Shown: positions 26,393 to 37,774 of the stretch, in pieces | Numbering within the stretch: position 1 is the first letter of the stretch | Layout of the letters: each line of letters opens with the position of its first letter | Source: Isurus oxyrinchus | Lineage: Eukaryota | Reading direction: 5' to 3' | DNA length: 64,000 bases | Assembly (NCBI GenBank): GCA_026770705.1 | Contig: JANJGN010000131.1 | Location: forward strand, 744,001 to 808,000 | Translations under genes and position numbers: made by a program | The notes under the pieces: generated by a model | The model's input: the letters and a program-made list of their open reading frames with translations, nothing else | The model's database searches: none | What the model was told of the DNA's origin: nothing

Positions 26393-26750
26393 GACACATG
26401 CTTTCGAAACTTTTCACCTTGGACTCATCAGGACAATTCGCAAGAGTAACAAAAAAATCAAAGGGAACAACACTTAAAACGTCATGAGAAGAGTGTGATG
26501 ATTGATGGGCGAGTGAAAATGGATTACTCGTGGCGTTGCAATAGAGAATGCGATAATGACCTGATGAATGGAAGTTAACTGTCAACCGTTGTTTACATTC
26601 AAATCAAGTATGTTGACTCTGATTGGTCAAGACATTTCATGAGGCCATGAGCCAGAGACAGGCTCTCCCGTCCTTTGTTCAGTTGAAATCGGCGTTACTC
26701 TTGCAAATTGTCCTGATAAGTGCAAGAGCATAAGCTTCTACAACATGTGC
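26393..26750. mobile_element. Penelope-like terminal-repeat derivative with ~57-bp inverted arms carrying hammerhead-ribozyme-like cores
   Basis: rc(26393-26450) = gttactcttgcgaattgtcCTGATGAgtccaaggtGAAAagtttcgaaagcatgtg versus 26694-26750 = gttactcttgcaaattgtcctgataagtgcaagagcataagcttctacaacatgtg. Confidence 0.65.
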
Positions 26751-27721
26751 ATTTTTCTGCTACTTAATCGTTTAGACAAATCCCTTATAAAGTGCAGAGC
26801 AATCGGTTTGTTTCAATTAACATCGGAAGACATAACAAATGATAATATGTACACAGCATGAATGTCTTGGATTGGATTTTCTGCTGAGATCAATGCTGAG
26901 TCCTAAGACTTTCGGTTGGTTGTAAGTCACGACACGGGAAATTCCAAATAACAGCAAGTGTGTAATATTTAATCCACGATTGGGATAGGGGGTCATTGTG
27001 AAGCGTAACCCACAATTGCATTCTAATTACTGTTTCTGTATCAGGATGGCAATAAACTTTTATAATGCATTGTGGATGGTGAAGATAATGTTTCCATTAA
27101 ATTTGTTTTCTTTTTGTTCTGGCCAGTTGCGATTTGTAATCATTTAAAAGGGGAGATTGTTGCCAGTGTAACTTATATTGTATGATGACTCTGCGGATTT
27201 CGCCTCCATTGCCAAATGGAAGAGGCGAACAAAATGTTTCCTTTATCTGTGTCTGTAATATTCCAGTTCCCTCTTGCTATGTTTATGGGAAAAAGAGTTC
27301 AAGTGTGAAGCGGAGACTGCTCAATATAGATCAATGGGTGGGGACAGTGTCCGTTTCCATTTCAGGGCGCCATCTACCATCAAGTTCCAAAACATAGGAA
27401 GGGGAGGTAGCAAGGTTCCTACATTTAATAGTGAAACTTTGTTGCCAAGTTATACATTTTTGTCGGACACTTTGTCTCCTACATGAACGTCGAGACACCC
27501 CGGGACCTTAGGGACAGTTGGGAATGTACCAGGCCCGCTCTGGAAAGGGGACAAAAAATAAAAACAAACTGGGAAAATGCAGAGTTAGTTATATAATTCT
27601 GAATTCACACCTCGGACAGGAGGTAACTCTGTTTCTGCGGGTTGAAGCCATATGTAACATGTACAGCAACAGCAATGGGTGGGGTATAATGTAGAATTCA
27701 TGTTGGATTTCACTGCTTTCA

Positions 27722-28629
27722 TCATTTAAAAAAATTAACAATCAGACTCAATGGATATTTCACACCATTCTTTAACTCCTCTCTGAATTTACTCTGGGTA
27801 CCTGCATAAATAAAGGGGTTGATGCAGGAACTTAAAAGCTGCAGCATAAGTCCACATTCCTCCAGTATAACATTTGATTGATTGAAATTCGAGCCATCGA
27901 AATAACTAACGCTGGCAATTCGTGCGTAGAGGAAAGTTATAAGAGCGAGGAAATATAACAGGATGAAACTTCCCGAGATGGCAAAGAGTAAAACGATGGA
28001 CTTTCTCCTCTTCTCCATCTCTGGGTCACTTTGTTTCTCGCTCTTGCTGTGGGCTCGCAGTCTTCTGCGGGCTCGACTGGCCACAACAATGTGCCTGACC
28101 GTCAGAACATTGAGCAGCAAAATAAGAACGAATGGGAGACAAGGGGTTAAAACGGCATTTATGCTGTCATATGCCACCCATCCGGGTGATGAATAATATA
28201 TTGGCTTTAGTTTGCAGTACCAGGGTGTATTGTCCGTGATAACAGAAGGTTCACAAGCAAAGTACAAGGGTATTCTTTTAGCACAATGCACAACGCAGAC
28301 AGTTCCTATGACCACAGCTGCTGATTTCTTGGTGCAATATTTGGTTTTCAGCTGCTGACAACAAATGGCTACAAATCGATCAAAGGTGAAAGCAACTGTC
28401 ACCCAGACAGAAGAATCCCTGACGCCATATATGAACACAAGACTGAGAGCAAAGGCCGGAGTGATGGAGAGGAAACTAAATGGGAAATATGTACCTACAA
28501 TCCGGTTTAACATCACAGCAAGGATCATGATCAGGAGATCCGTCACGGCCATGGACATCAGGTAGTATGTGATACATCCAGTGAGACCGCATCTTCTTCG
28601 GGACAGGATCACAATTACTGCCAAATTAG
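27722..28629 (-). CDS. GPR139-like: GPR139/GPR142-like orphan GPCR gene 2, exon 2
   Basis: ctctgtcacAG| acceptor at 28630. Open 7TM frame ANLAVIVILSRRRCGL...MAVTDLL...FTFDRF...RRKSIVLLF...NPFIYAGTQSKFREELK, stop TGA at 27722. Confidence 0.93.
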
Positions 28630-30020
28630 CTGTGACAGAGGAATATAACCAGTAAGTTTGCGGTGGGGACAAATGAATATAGAACAGAAAATGTTGAGAA
28701 ACTCACAAATACAGCATTGGTCATGAAAAGAGAGCAATGTTCCCATTTCAGTCCTATGACTTATATACTCCAGTGGAGAAAGAAAGACTCATTCCAAAAT
28801 GCAGCAAATTGTCAATACTGTGCTGATTTACAGGAGGAATGCGGGCTCAGTCCTATAGTGAATATTCAAATTGCTGCATTGTTACTCAGTTAAATGAAAA
28901 ACAATCAAGTATCCTCTTGCTTGTTGTTTAGAGAAGAACAGGCTAGGACATTGGAAAAAGAAAGGTACACAATGTTAAATCGACCTACGAATTTGACAGA
29001 AACTGGGTAGATGGCGTTGAATGGAATTAAATACAAAGTGTTACTCTTGTGGGCATAATCCAGCAAATGAGAACAGAAAGAATGGAAAAAAAAAACTCCT
29101 TTGGAAGGAAATAAAGGGTAACTAGAACTCCTGAGTTATGATGACGTGCAGCGAACACAACTGTCCTTCACAGCAGGGTGGAAATCCACACACAGTTTAA
29201 GGTTCAGTTGCTTTTAAATTGAAAGACGTCAAGCTTTAGAGTCAAAACGTCCTGGATTCAAGCCCAACTTCAGCTCCCTGAGAATTCCTCTCCGCCCAGG
29301 GTGCCAGGTTTCTGCTAAGGTAAGAAACCCTGGGCCAGTCATTTAATATTCTGCACAGATTTATCAGATAAATACTGTTCATATTCCAACGAAAGGTTAA
29401 AGGGAAAAGAATGAGATAGTGCATAATACAGATACAGTTCCTCTGTAATAATTCACCCACGGTGACAATGCCGTTGAAACAATAGAAAAACATTTCCTCA
29501 GTGGTAACAGCGTTATACATTAAGCTTTTTAAAAATACCAAGAATAAAATAAAAGAACATCTAAAACCTCGAACGGTGGCGGTAAACAGATGAAAGTGTC
29601 CAATTAAACTGACTAAATGTTACTAGCTCAGGGAAGATAGTGCATTGTTACTGCTGAACTATTATTCTTGTATTGGGGAGAAACTATGTTCAAGGGAAGA
29701 AATGGCACAGACAAACTTGAGCGACTCGACATGTGATGACGACTAATCATGTCAGTAAAAGAAAACAATTGTGTTGCTAAAATGGAGAATTAAATTAAGC
29801 ATTTCCCTTGAAGTGGAAAAAAGTCACATTGTCGAGGGTGATAAATTGGGACGATGTCGCCGTAATGTTGATAGATTGTCCTGTTTAATGGGAGAAAGAA
29901 TATCGTACCATGTAGAAGCAAAGCTCCTAAATACGAACAATGATTCACTAAAATGAAAGCAAACCAAAGAGAAGTGATTAAACAATGATTTCAATAGCAT
30001 AGCAAACCAAAATACTTAAC

Positions 30021-30090
30021 CTGGAATCCCGATCGCTGCAATGACAGGATAATATATGATGAAAATAAGACCTTTTGGCAATCCGTGCAT
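30021..30090 (-). CDS. GPR139-like: GPR139/GPR142-like orphan GPCR gene 2, exon 1 (joined protein 325 aa)
   Basis: ATG at 30090 gives MHGLPKGLIFIIYYPVIAAIGIP, then G|GTTAAGT donor. 70 nt, phase 1, same layout as genes 3 and 4. Confidence 0.9.
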
Positions 30091-30140
30091 TTCTGTCACC
30101 AGCTGCGAGTGTGTTCTGCACCACAACTAAAGACAGTCAC

Positions 30141-30237
30141 ATATATATCTCAAGCCAGCCTCCAGGGAGACAATTAGACGCTTTGATCTTTTGCAATAAT
30201 TACGCTAATTGAAACAAAGATGGTCGTGCTGCAGCTG
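30141..30237 (-). promoter_or_regulatory. Proximal promoter of gene 2 (E-box, TAAT sites, O/E-like site, TATA)
   Basis: On the minus strand: CAGCTG...cAATTAgcgTAATTAttg...cTAATTG-TCTCCCTGGAGG-11 nt-TATATA. Confidence 0.65.
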
Positions 30238-31149
30238 ACAGGAAATTATTTTTGTTTTGACGGAGTAGAAAGCTCTTCAAGGTCACTGACATTGTTCTGG
30301 AGGAACATCCTCACAAAGTGCCCTTCTGTCTTCCACATTAACACAAATCTACATTGATGTTTCTTTATCATCTGCCCTTTACCACAACCGTTTCCCGCCG
30401 CTATAGTGAAAACAAGAACTCTTCCATTGCTCCCTATTCCCCAACTTCGATGTAAAGTCATGGATCTGAACCTTTTACCGTTTTCTCTCCACAGATGCTG
30501 AACGGTCTATTGCGTATTTCCAGCATTTTTTGTCTCATTCTGTTCGCATTTGGTATGGAAATGTTCAACTCATCACCTTTATTTAGCTTTAAAGTACTCA
30601 AATCTTCTGTACGGCTTCTTGCATTGTGGATTATTCCACATGAGTTAAATTCATTGCAGACATGTCAAATCCAGCTGTAGTGATTGTGCACAGTTGTGTA
30701 GCTGTGAACGGCTACGTTTTACTTGATCAGATGCAATCAAGCGCTTATGCGTTAATTCTGCATAATTATAGAGAGTACGCTTAAACTCCGTAAACGGAGG
30801 TCCAGTTGAGCACGATTCTAGTTAATGCGGACCGTTCCAGTTCGGTATGGTTATGTGATGTGTCGAGGCTCCATTTCTGCCACGTTACATTCATTCATGA
30901 CGGATAAGGAAGGGTAAGTGTGCACGTCCTTTTCCCGTAAATCGCTTTCCGTGTCGCCAGGCGAGATTATGCACGGCTGCACTAAGTCTGCAAAGGCCCA
31001 GTTCAGTCATCTTGCATTGAATATGGACAGGCCCCATTTTAACTGCTATCTTCAATGTGCACATGTGAAGCAGTGTTATAAATCTTGCGCAGATAGTTAA
31101 TTCCTCATGCTTCCTTTCAGTATCCGGAAAAAAACTATCCACCGAAATA

Positions 31150-33700
31150 TTGAAAATAGGAGTAGGATTACTCCTTCGAGCCCTTCGAGCTTGCTCCGCC
31201 ATTCAGTTTGATGATGGCTGATCCTCTATCTGAACGCCTTAGTCCTGCACTCTCCCCATACCGCTTGATGCATTTGAAGGCTAGAAGTCTATTTATTTAC
31301 TTTTTAAATATATGCAGTGACTTGACCTCCACAGCTTTCTGTGCTAGAGAATTCCACACGTTCGCCACCTTCTGATTGAAGACCTTTCTCGTCATTTCAG
31401 TTCTAAATGGTCTACCCCGTATCCTGAGTCTGTGACCTCTTGTTCTAGACGCCCGAGTCAGAGGAAATATCATCCCTGTACCAGCCTGTAGATCCCTGTC
31501 AGAGTTTCATATGGTTCAGTGGGATCGCCTCTCATTCTTCTGAGCTCCAATGAATAAAGGCCTTGCTGGCCCAATCTCTCCTCATACGACAATTCTACCA
31601 GCCCAGAGATCAGCGTGGTGGACCTTTGCTGAACTCCCTCTATGGCAAATATATCCTTTCTTAGGTAAGGAGACCAGAACTGCACACTCTTCTCCAGGTG
31701 TGATCTCACAATGACCATGCACAGCTGCAGTAAGACATCATTGCTGCTGCTCTCAAATCCTGTCGCAATAAAGGTCAACGTACCATTTACGTCCTTAAGT
31801 GCTTGCTGCACCAGCATGCTTGCTTTCAGTGATTGCTGCGCAAGGGCATCTCGGCCCCTTTGCACATCAACATTTCCAAATTTATCACCAGTTAAATAAT
31901 ATTATGCTAATCTGCTTTTCCTGCCATAGTAGATAAGTTCACACTTATTTTCCCAATCACTCAACCTGCGTAAGTCGCCTTGAAGCGTCTGAACACTCGC
32001 CTCGTCTCTCACATCCTCACCAAGTTTCGTGTCATCAAAAATTGGAAATGTTGCCTTTTGTTGCGTCATGCAAATCGTATATATACATATATTTATATAT
32101 ATTGCAAATAGCTCGGGCCAAAACACTGATCCCTGCTAGTCCACTCGTCACCGCCTGCCACGCCAAAGAAGACCCACTTATTCCTGCTCTCTTTCCTGTC
32201 TTTAATTTTACATGCTAACCTTTTATGTGGGTCTTTGTCAAAGACTTTCTGATATTCCAAATACATCACAGCCACTGGTTCTCCCTTATCTTTTTTGCAG
32301 GTTATGTCCTTAAAAACTCCATAAGGTTTGTTAAACATGATTTCCCCTGATAGATACATGTTGACATTGTCTCATCCCATTGATATTTTTCAAGTGCCCT
32401 GTTATCACATACTCTACAATAGACTCTAGCATTTCCCCTACTATTGAGGTTCGGCTGACTGGTCTGTAATTCGTTGTTTTCTCCCTCACTCATTTTTTTT
32501 TTAAATAGCGGGGTTATAATTAACACGCTGCAATCTGCCGGTACTGTTGCAGAATCTACATAATTTTGGAAGATGACAACCACTACACTCACTATTTACA
32601 TGGCCACCTCCTTTAGTACCCCAAGATGTATATTATCAGGTCTTGGGGATTGATTGGCTTTCAGTCCGATTACTTTCTCCAGCACAACTGTGTTTGTAAC
32701 ATTAATTTCGTTGAATTCTTCCTTCTCAATAGACCCGAGGTTCCTTCGTATTTCTGTGAAGTTATTTATATCTCCCTAAGTGAAGACAGAGCTAAAGTAA
32801 TTGTTCTATTATAAATGCTCCCGTTTCAGACTGTGAGGTTTTTTAATAAATATATTTATAGATGCTTTTAATGACCACTTTTATGTTACTTGCAAGTTTA
32901 CCCTCATCCAATATTTCCCCCCCTTATTCGAACTCTTGGTCGTCCTTTGCTGAGTTCTAAACTGTTCCCAATCCTCAGGCTTGCTAATGTTTCTAACATC
33001 TTCACATGAACTCTCTTTAGATCTAAAGCTATCCTTAATTTATTTTGTTACCCATGGTGGGGCCGTTTTTCCTGTCTTGTTCTTTTGGGCAAGAAAATAA
33101 AGTATAACTTTTGAAATGTATGCACACTTTCGTTAATCATTGGACGTTGTCTACGTACCATCTTTCCTTTTAATAAAGTACTCCAATCAATCTTAGCCAA
33201 CTCAAATCTCCTACCTTTGTCGATTCCTTTGTTAGATTTAGCACCCTCGTTTCAGACCAGACTACTTCACTTTCCATTCCAATGAAGAATTCTATCATGT
33301 TGGTCACTGTTCCCCGAAGGACCCAACACAACAAGATTATGATTTAAGTGCTTCTCATTTCACTATACCAAATCTAGGATAGCCTGATCCCCAGTCCGTT
33401 CCTCAACATACGAGTCTGAAAAAAAAAACATTTCGTACACACTACAGGAATCCATTCGCCATTGTAATTGCTAATTTGGTTTGCACACTCTATATGTAGT
33501 TAAAAGTCATCCATGATTTCTGGAGCACCCTTGTTACATGCAAGTCCAAGTTCCTATTTTATGCCGACCCCTATGTCGGCACTGCTGTCTGGAGGTCTAC
33601 AGATAAGTGATCTTTTCCACTCATTGTTGCTTCTTAGCTCCACCCAGGTTGAATCTACATCTAGATTTTCTAAGCCAATATCCCTCTCTCACTCTCGCAC
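31150..33700 (-). mobile_element. Long decayed CR1-like LINE
   Basis: Minus-strand peptides VPADCSVLIITPLFKK, VMYLEYQKVFDKDPHKRL, IFDDTKLGEDV and VRSHLEKSVQFWSPYLRKDI, with a 3' end at ~31150. Confidence 0.88.
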
Positions 33701-35599
33701 TGATTTCATCGACATGGTTTCCTTCAAGTGTGAAAAGTTCAATTTATGTATGATTGTTTTCCACAGAGATGGGGCCTGCTGGTCCATAATGAGTGTGAAA
33801 TGACTCAGGTCTGCACAGTAATTCTCAACGTCCACATCTCATTTCTTGACACCGGTGTTCAAAGGGGACTGGTTCAGTTATACACTGTTACTTCTGGCGT
33901 GGGCTACTCCAGTTCAACCTCATTCGATTCAATGTTAGCAATCCCAAATCATCAGTATTGCAAGCAATGAGATCTCTTTAAAGTCATCGTAGTTAGGTTT
34001 AGTGTGCACATTGCTTCTTCAGTACGGTTACATTCAGTGTGTGCAGGTCCAGTTGTGAGCAATATCTACTATTCTGGACTGGTCTTTTTCAGCAGTATTA
34101 TATGTTTATCGTGACAATGAACAGTATTTTTTGATTCTAACCTGTAACAAGGGATCCAGGTGTGCAGAATGTATTCAGTAAGGATACAGCAGAATGTTAC
34201 CAATTCAAGGATGAGGACGTCAAACAACTTCCCCTTGGAATTTAATGTAATTGTGATAGTCGAACCCCCTACGTCAACATTCGGGGCAGCGTGATAGGGT
34301 GATCCTGAGGCCGAGGCACATACCATTGTGACATTGTTTTAAATCATAACATGGCAGCTAATTCATTTAATGCGACTAGATTATCAAGCTTGTCTCGGTA
34401 ACTGTGCCCACAAAAAACGGTCATCGATTGTTACAAACACCCATCTGCTTCACGAATGTCCTTTAGGGAAGACAATGTGCCGTCCTTACCCGATCTGGCC
34501 TACATGTGGCTGCAGACCCACAGTAAAATGTCTGCCTCTTAACTGCACTCAAATTGATAACAAATATGGCCTTCTGATCGATGCCCACATCCCATGGGGT
34601 AAAAAAATCAAGTTATCAGTATTCTGTAACTGCACCTTCCAAAGTCCGGGTTTTACTGTGTTGAAAAACAAAGGTAACAGGCACATGGAAACACCAGCAG
34701 CTGCATCTCACTAACGCTCGAAACTTGAAAATATTTTTCATCACTTGGTCAAACTGTGAAACTTCCTGCCTTGCAGTATTATGGATGAAGATAGCGCACA
34801 TGGACTGAAGGGGCCCAAGAAGGCAGCTCACCACGAAATTCTAAAGAAAATTAGCAATTCGCAATAAAGATTGACCTTGCCACCTAGGGCCATATTGCAG
34901 GGATAAATAGAAAAGGTGGTATCAGTATTGAGTGGAGACAATATTGCAGTCCTAGTAAGAATGTCTTCCTCATATCAAACACATAACCCAACTGCTGGGA
35001 GCTGATAAATCGCACTTGAGCTGCCACGCTACCTGGGCTGTTCCATCGGACACAGAACAGTGGGAAGATGAGAGACGTTTACTTTGCAAAGAGTTAAAAA
35101 GAATGATTCAAAAATGCATTGCAAACAGGAATATGAAACTTTCAATCACCCCACATATTGTGGCAGATTTCTATTATCGTTAGAATATCATATTCCCCTT
35201 TGACCAATCTTTGTACTTTTAAGCACATGCACTCCGATACTTCTGTGTATGTTTCAGTATTAATAAATTACTTGGGTCAACGCACAGTCCACAGCAACAC
35301 CGTTTTGCTCAATGTGACCGAAGCTATGGGCAAAAATAGGGATATTTTTAATTCATATAAAGCGCCTCCAAGCCAAATTGCTCCACATGATGTTTCTTGC
35401 ATGCACATGGGATCGTGAAAATGGCTTAAGTTTTAGATGCCACCCGATTGGCCGAACTTCAATAAGCGCAGCTCTCCATTAACACTGCAATAAACTATAT
35501 TTATTTTAAATTTATGCTCATGCCCCGAGGAAATCGACCCCACACCACATGCTCCAAATTTTCCATCACTTAAGTGGCCAACGTTCCAGGGAAGGACAG

Positions 35600-36870
35600 G
35601 GAAACATTACAAAGATACCATGAAACTCTTCGTGAAGCACAGCGCCATTCACATGAATGATTTCGACCAACCATTAACAAAAATGGCGAGACTTTCCATC
35701 ATTTTGCTTGTAATGCAATGTAGACTAATGTGGCGATATTTGACCGGAATGGATTTTTCCTTCCTTTTCTGGACAGGCCATATTTTGGCAGCTTCCAATT
35801 GTTTGAGTCATTGCCAGCTTTCTCAGATGTGCAGAAGTCGGAAATAGAGTCGGCTCATTCTGAAGCACTAATCTTCAATTCTACAGCCGGCTCTTTTATC
35901 GGGCCCGTTGCCTTTGTGGCATATTTTGTACTCAATCGTCTTTTATATTAAATGGAAACAATCGAATTGGGTGAGGACAGAATCCTGGGACGATAAAGAC
36001 CTCAGGAGGAGTCTGAGATGGATCTTCCACTCGGAAGTTCTGGCTGAATGTGGATTAAAACCCTTCAGCCATCTCTTTTTGCACCGATATGCTGGACTGC
36101 CCCATCTTTAGGGTTAGGGATGTTCGTGGAATACCCTCTTTCTCTTTATTCTTCTATTGTCCACCGCTATTCATGATTGGATGTGGAAGGATTGCAGATC
36201 TTTGGTTTGACCAATTTTTTGTGGGATATCTTAGTGCTGTCAATCACATGCTTTTTCAGTTGCTTGGATTGCACAGGTTTCTGTTTTTTTACTTCACCAG
36301 GTCGAAACCTCTTTTTTAGGTCCGGTGGGTGCAGGCCTTGGCATGCTGTCCGACACCCTTCACTTTATCAGAATTGATCCCTTCATCTGTTCGTAATGTC
36401 CAAGTGAGGGATATAACGGGCCATGAGTTTACAAACTAACATTTGATTCAATGCTATAGCTGCTGATGGCTCACTGCACCTAATGGAAATCCGGCTTTGA
36501 TTTTCTTGATTTGATTTAGCACAATGGTAGCGCCACACAGCACGAAAGTGTGACAGTTTTCATGTTTACACAGAATGCGTACTGGAGGCTTCTCTCAATA
36601 CTATGGTGGACAGGTGCATCTACATCTGCTACAGGTAGTTTACTTATGATCAGGTAAGGTGTGTTCTTCCCTCTCTTTGGCTCTCTCATCACCTCCTACA
36701 GGCAACTTCCATAGGCATGCAGCCAGGTCAATTTTTATTCGTGCTTCGGAAACACACTTGGTGATGGACACTGAAGCCCCCTGAGTTCATTCTGCGACCT
36801 TGCAACTCTTAGTCTGTCTTGCAAATGGCATTCAACATGGAGCAGCACTGATTCTTCAGGGAAGTATGGG
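35600..36870 (-). mobile_element. Decayed CR1-like LINE (second family), internal ORF2 region
   Basis: Degenerate antisense ORF2 text (agactaatgtggcgatatttgaccggaatggattt...ggacactgaagcccc), the same family as 8110-9330. Confidence 0.6.
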
Positions 36871-37099
36871 AAGGGGAGCGGGTGGTCTTGTGGGGTGGGG
36901 GGGGGGGGGGTAATCAGCTGGAGGCACTTATTCAATAGGGACTTTGTGCAAAACAACAGAGCTGCGACCAGTAATGTTGCACAGCTAGTGTAGTTGCGAA
37001 TAATTTAAACTAAATTAGCCAAGCCTGTGCTCGCCCAATTATTGAAATAAAAGCGAGAAACAACATGAAGAAGGCAATGCTAGTTTCAGATAAAACTGG

Positions 37100-37750
37100 A
37101 AACGCAACATTTAACCTTTTTCATAGACAATACTACGAGAACTCTGACATATCAGAATGTTGGAAACAGTTAGGAAGAGGACTTCCGATTTCAAAAGTCT
37201 ACAGCATCTGAATAAAAGTGGCAGATGGGACTTAACCCAGGAAATGCTAGATTTAGTAAAATGGCCAGTGAGGAACAACATCCATTTAATGATAAGGTTC
37301 TAAACAGTGCGCAAGGACATAGGGACCTGAGGGTCCATGTGAATTGATATTCAAAGGTGCCATGACATGTTGAAAGTATCGTTACAACAGGCTTTGGAAT
37401 TTTCGAGTTCATAAATCGAGAAAGTGAGCATAAATACGAGGAAGCTGTGTTGAAACAATTTACACTCTGGTTAGACCATAATTAAATTGCTGCGTCCGTT
37501 TCTGGTCACCATGCACCAGGTAAAATGTTTGTGTCCTTTATGCAGTGTAGAGGAGATTTACTCGAATGTTAACAGGGATGCAGCTCCTTGGCAGCAATAT
37601 TCTGTGAGTGGAGCTTGGGTTGTTCTCATCGGAGGAAAGGGAATTGATGAGATGTTTGGTAGAAACTTCCTAGATTAAACGGGTTGAGATAAGGTCGACA
37701 GCAGAAAATATGTTCCCAGTTACCAATCGTAAAGTTGCTTGGGTGCAACG
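37100..37750 (+). mobile_element. Decayed CR1-like LINE fragment
   Basis: agtggcagatgggacttaacccaggaaatg, agggacctgagggtccatgt and ctctggttagaccataattaaattgctgcgtccgtttctggtcacc. Confidence 0.6.
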
Positions 37751-37774
37751 TTTTAAGGAACGCATGAAGGTTGA

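Noticed and set aside
27963-28565. Recurrent antisense ORFs over the GPCR exons (MATNRSKVKA...; also at 47052 and 61291)
   Set aside because: Shadows of the conserved sense-strand codons, not independent genes.
28630-28672. ORF-track N-terminal extensions of genes 2 and 4 (MSPPQTY..., MSSNLPV... at 61691-61787) and the GTG starts for genes 1 and 3
   Set aside because: These are intronic read-through or internal codons. The true N-termini come from the spliced exon 1.
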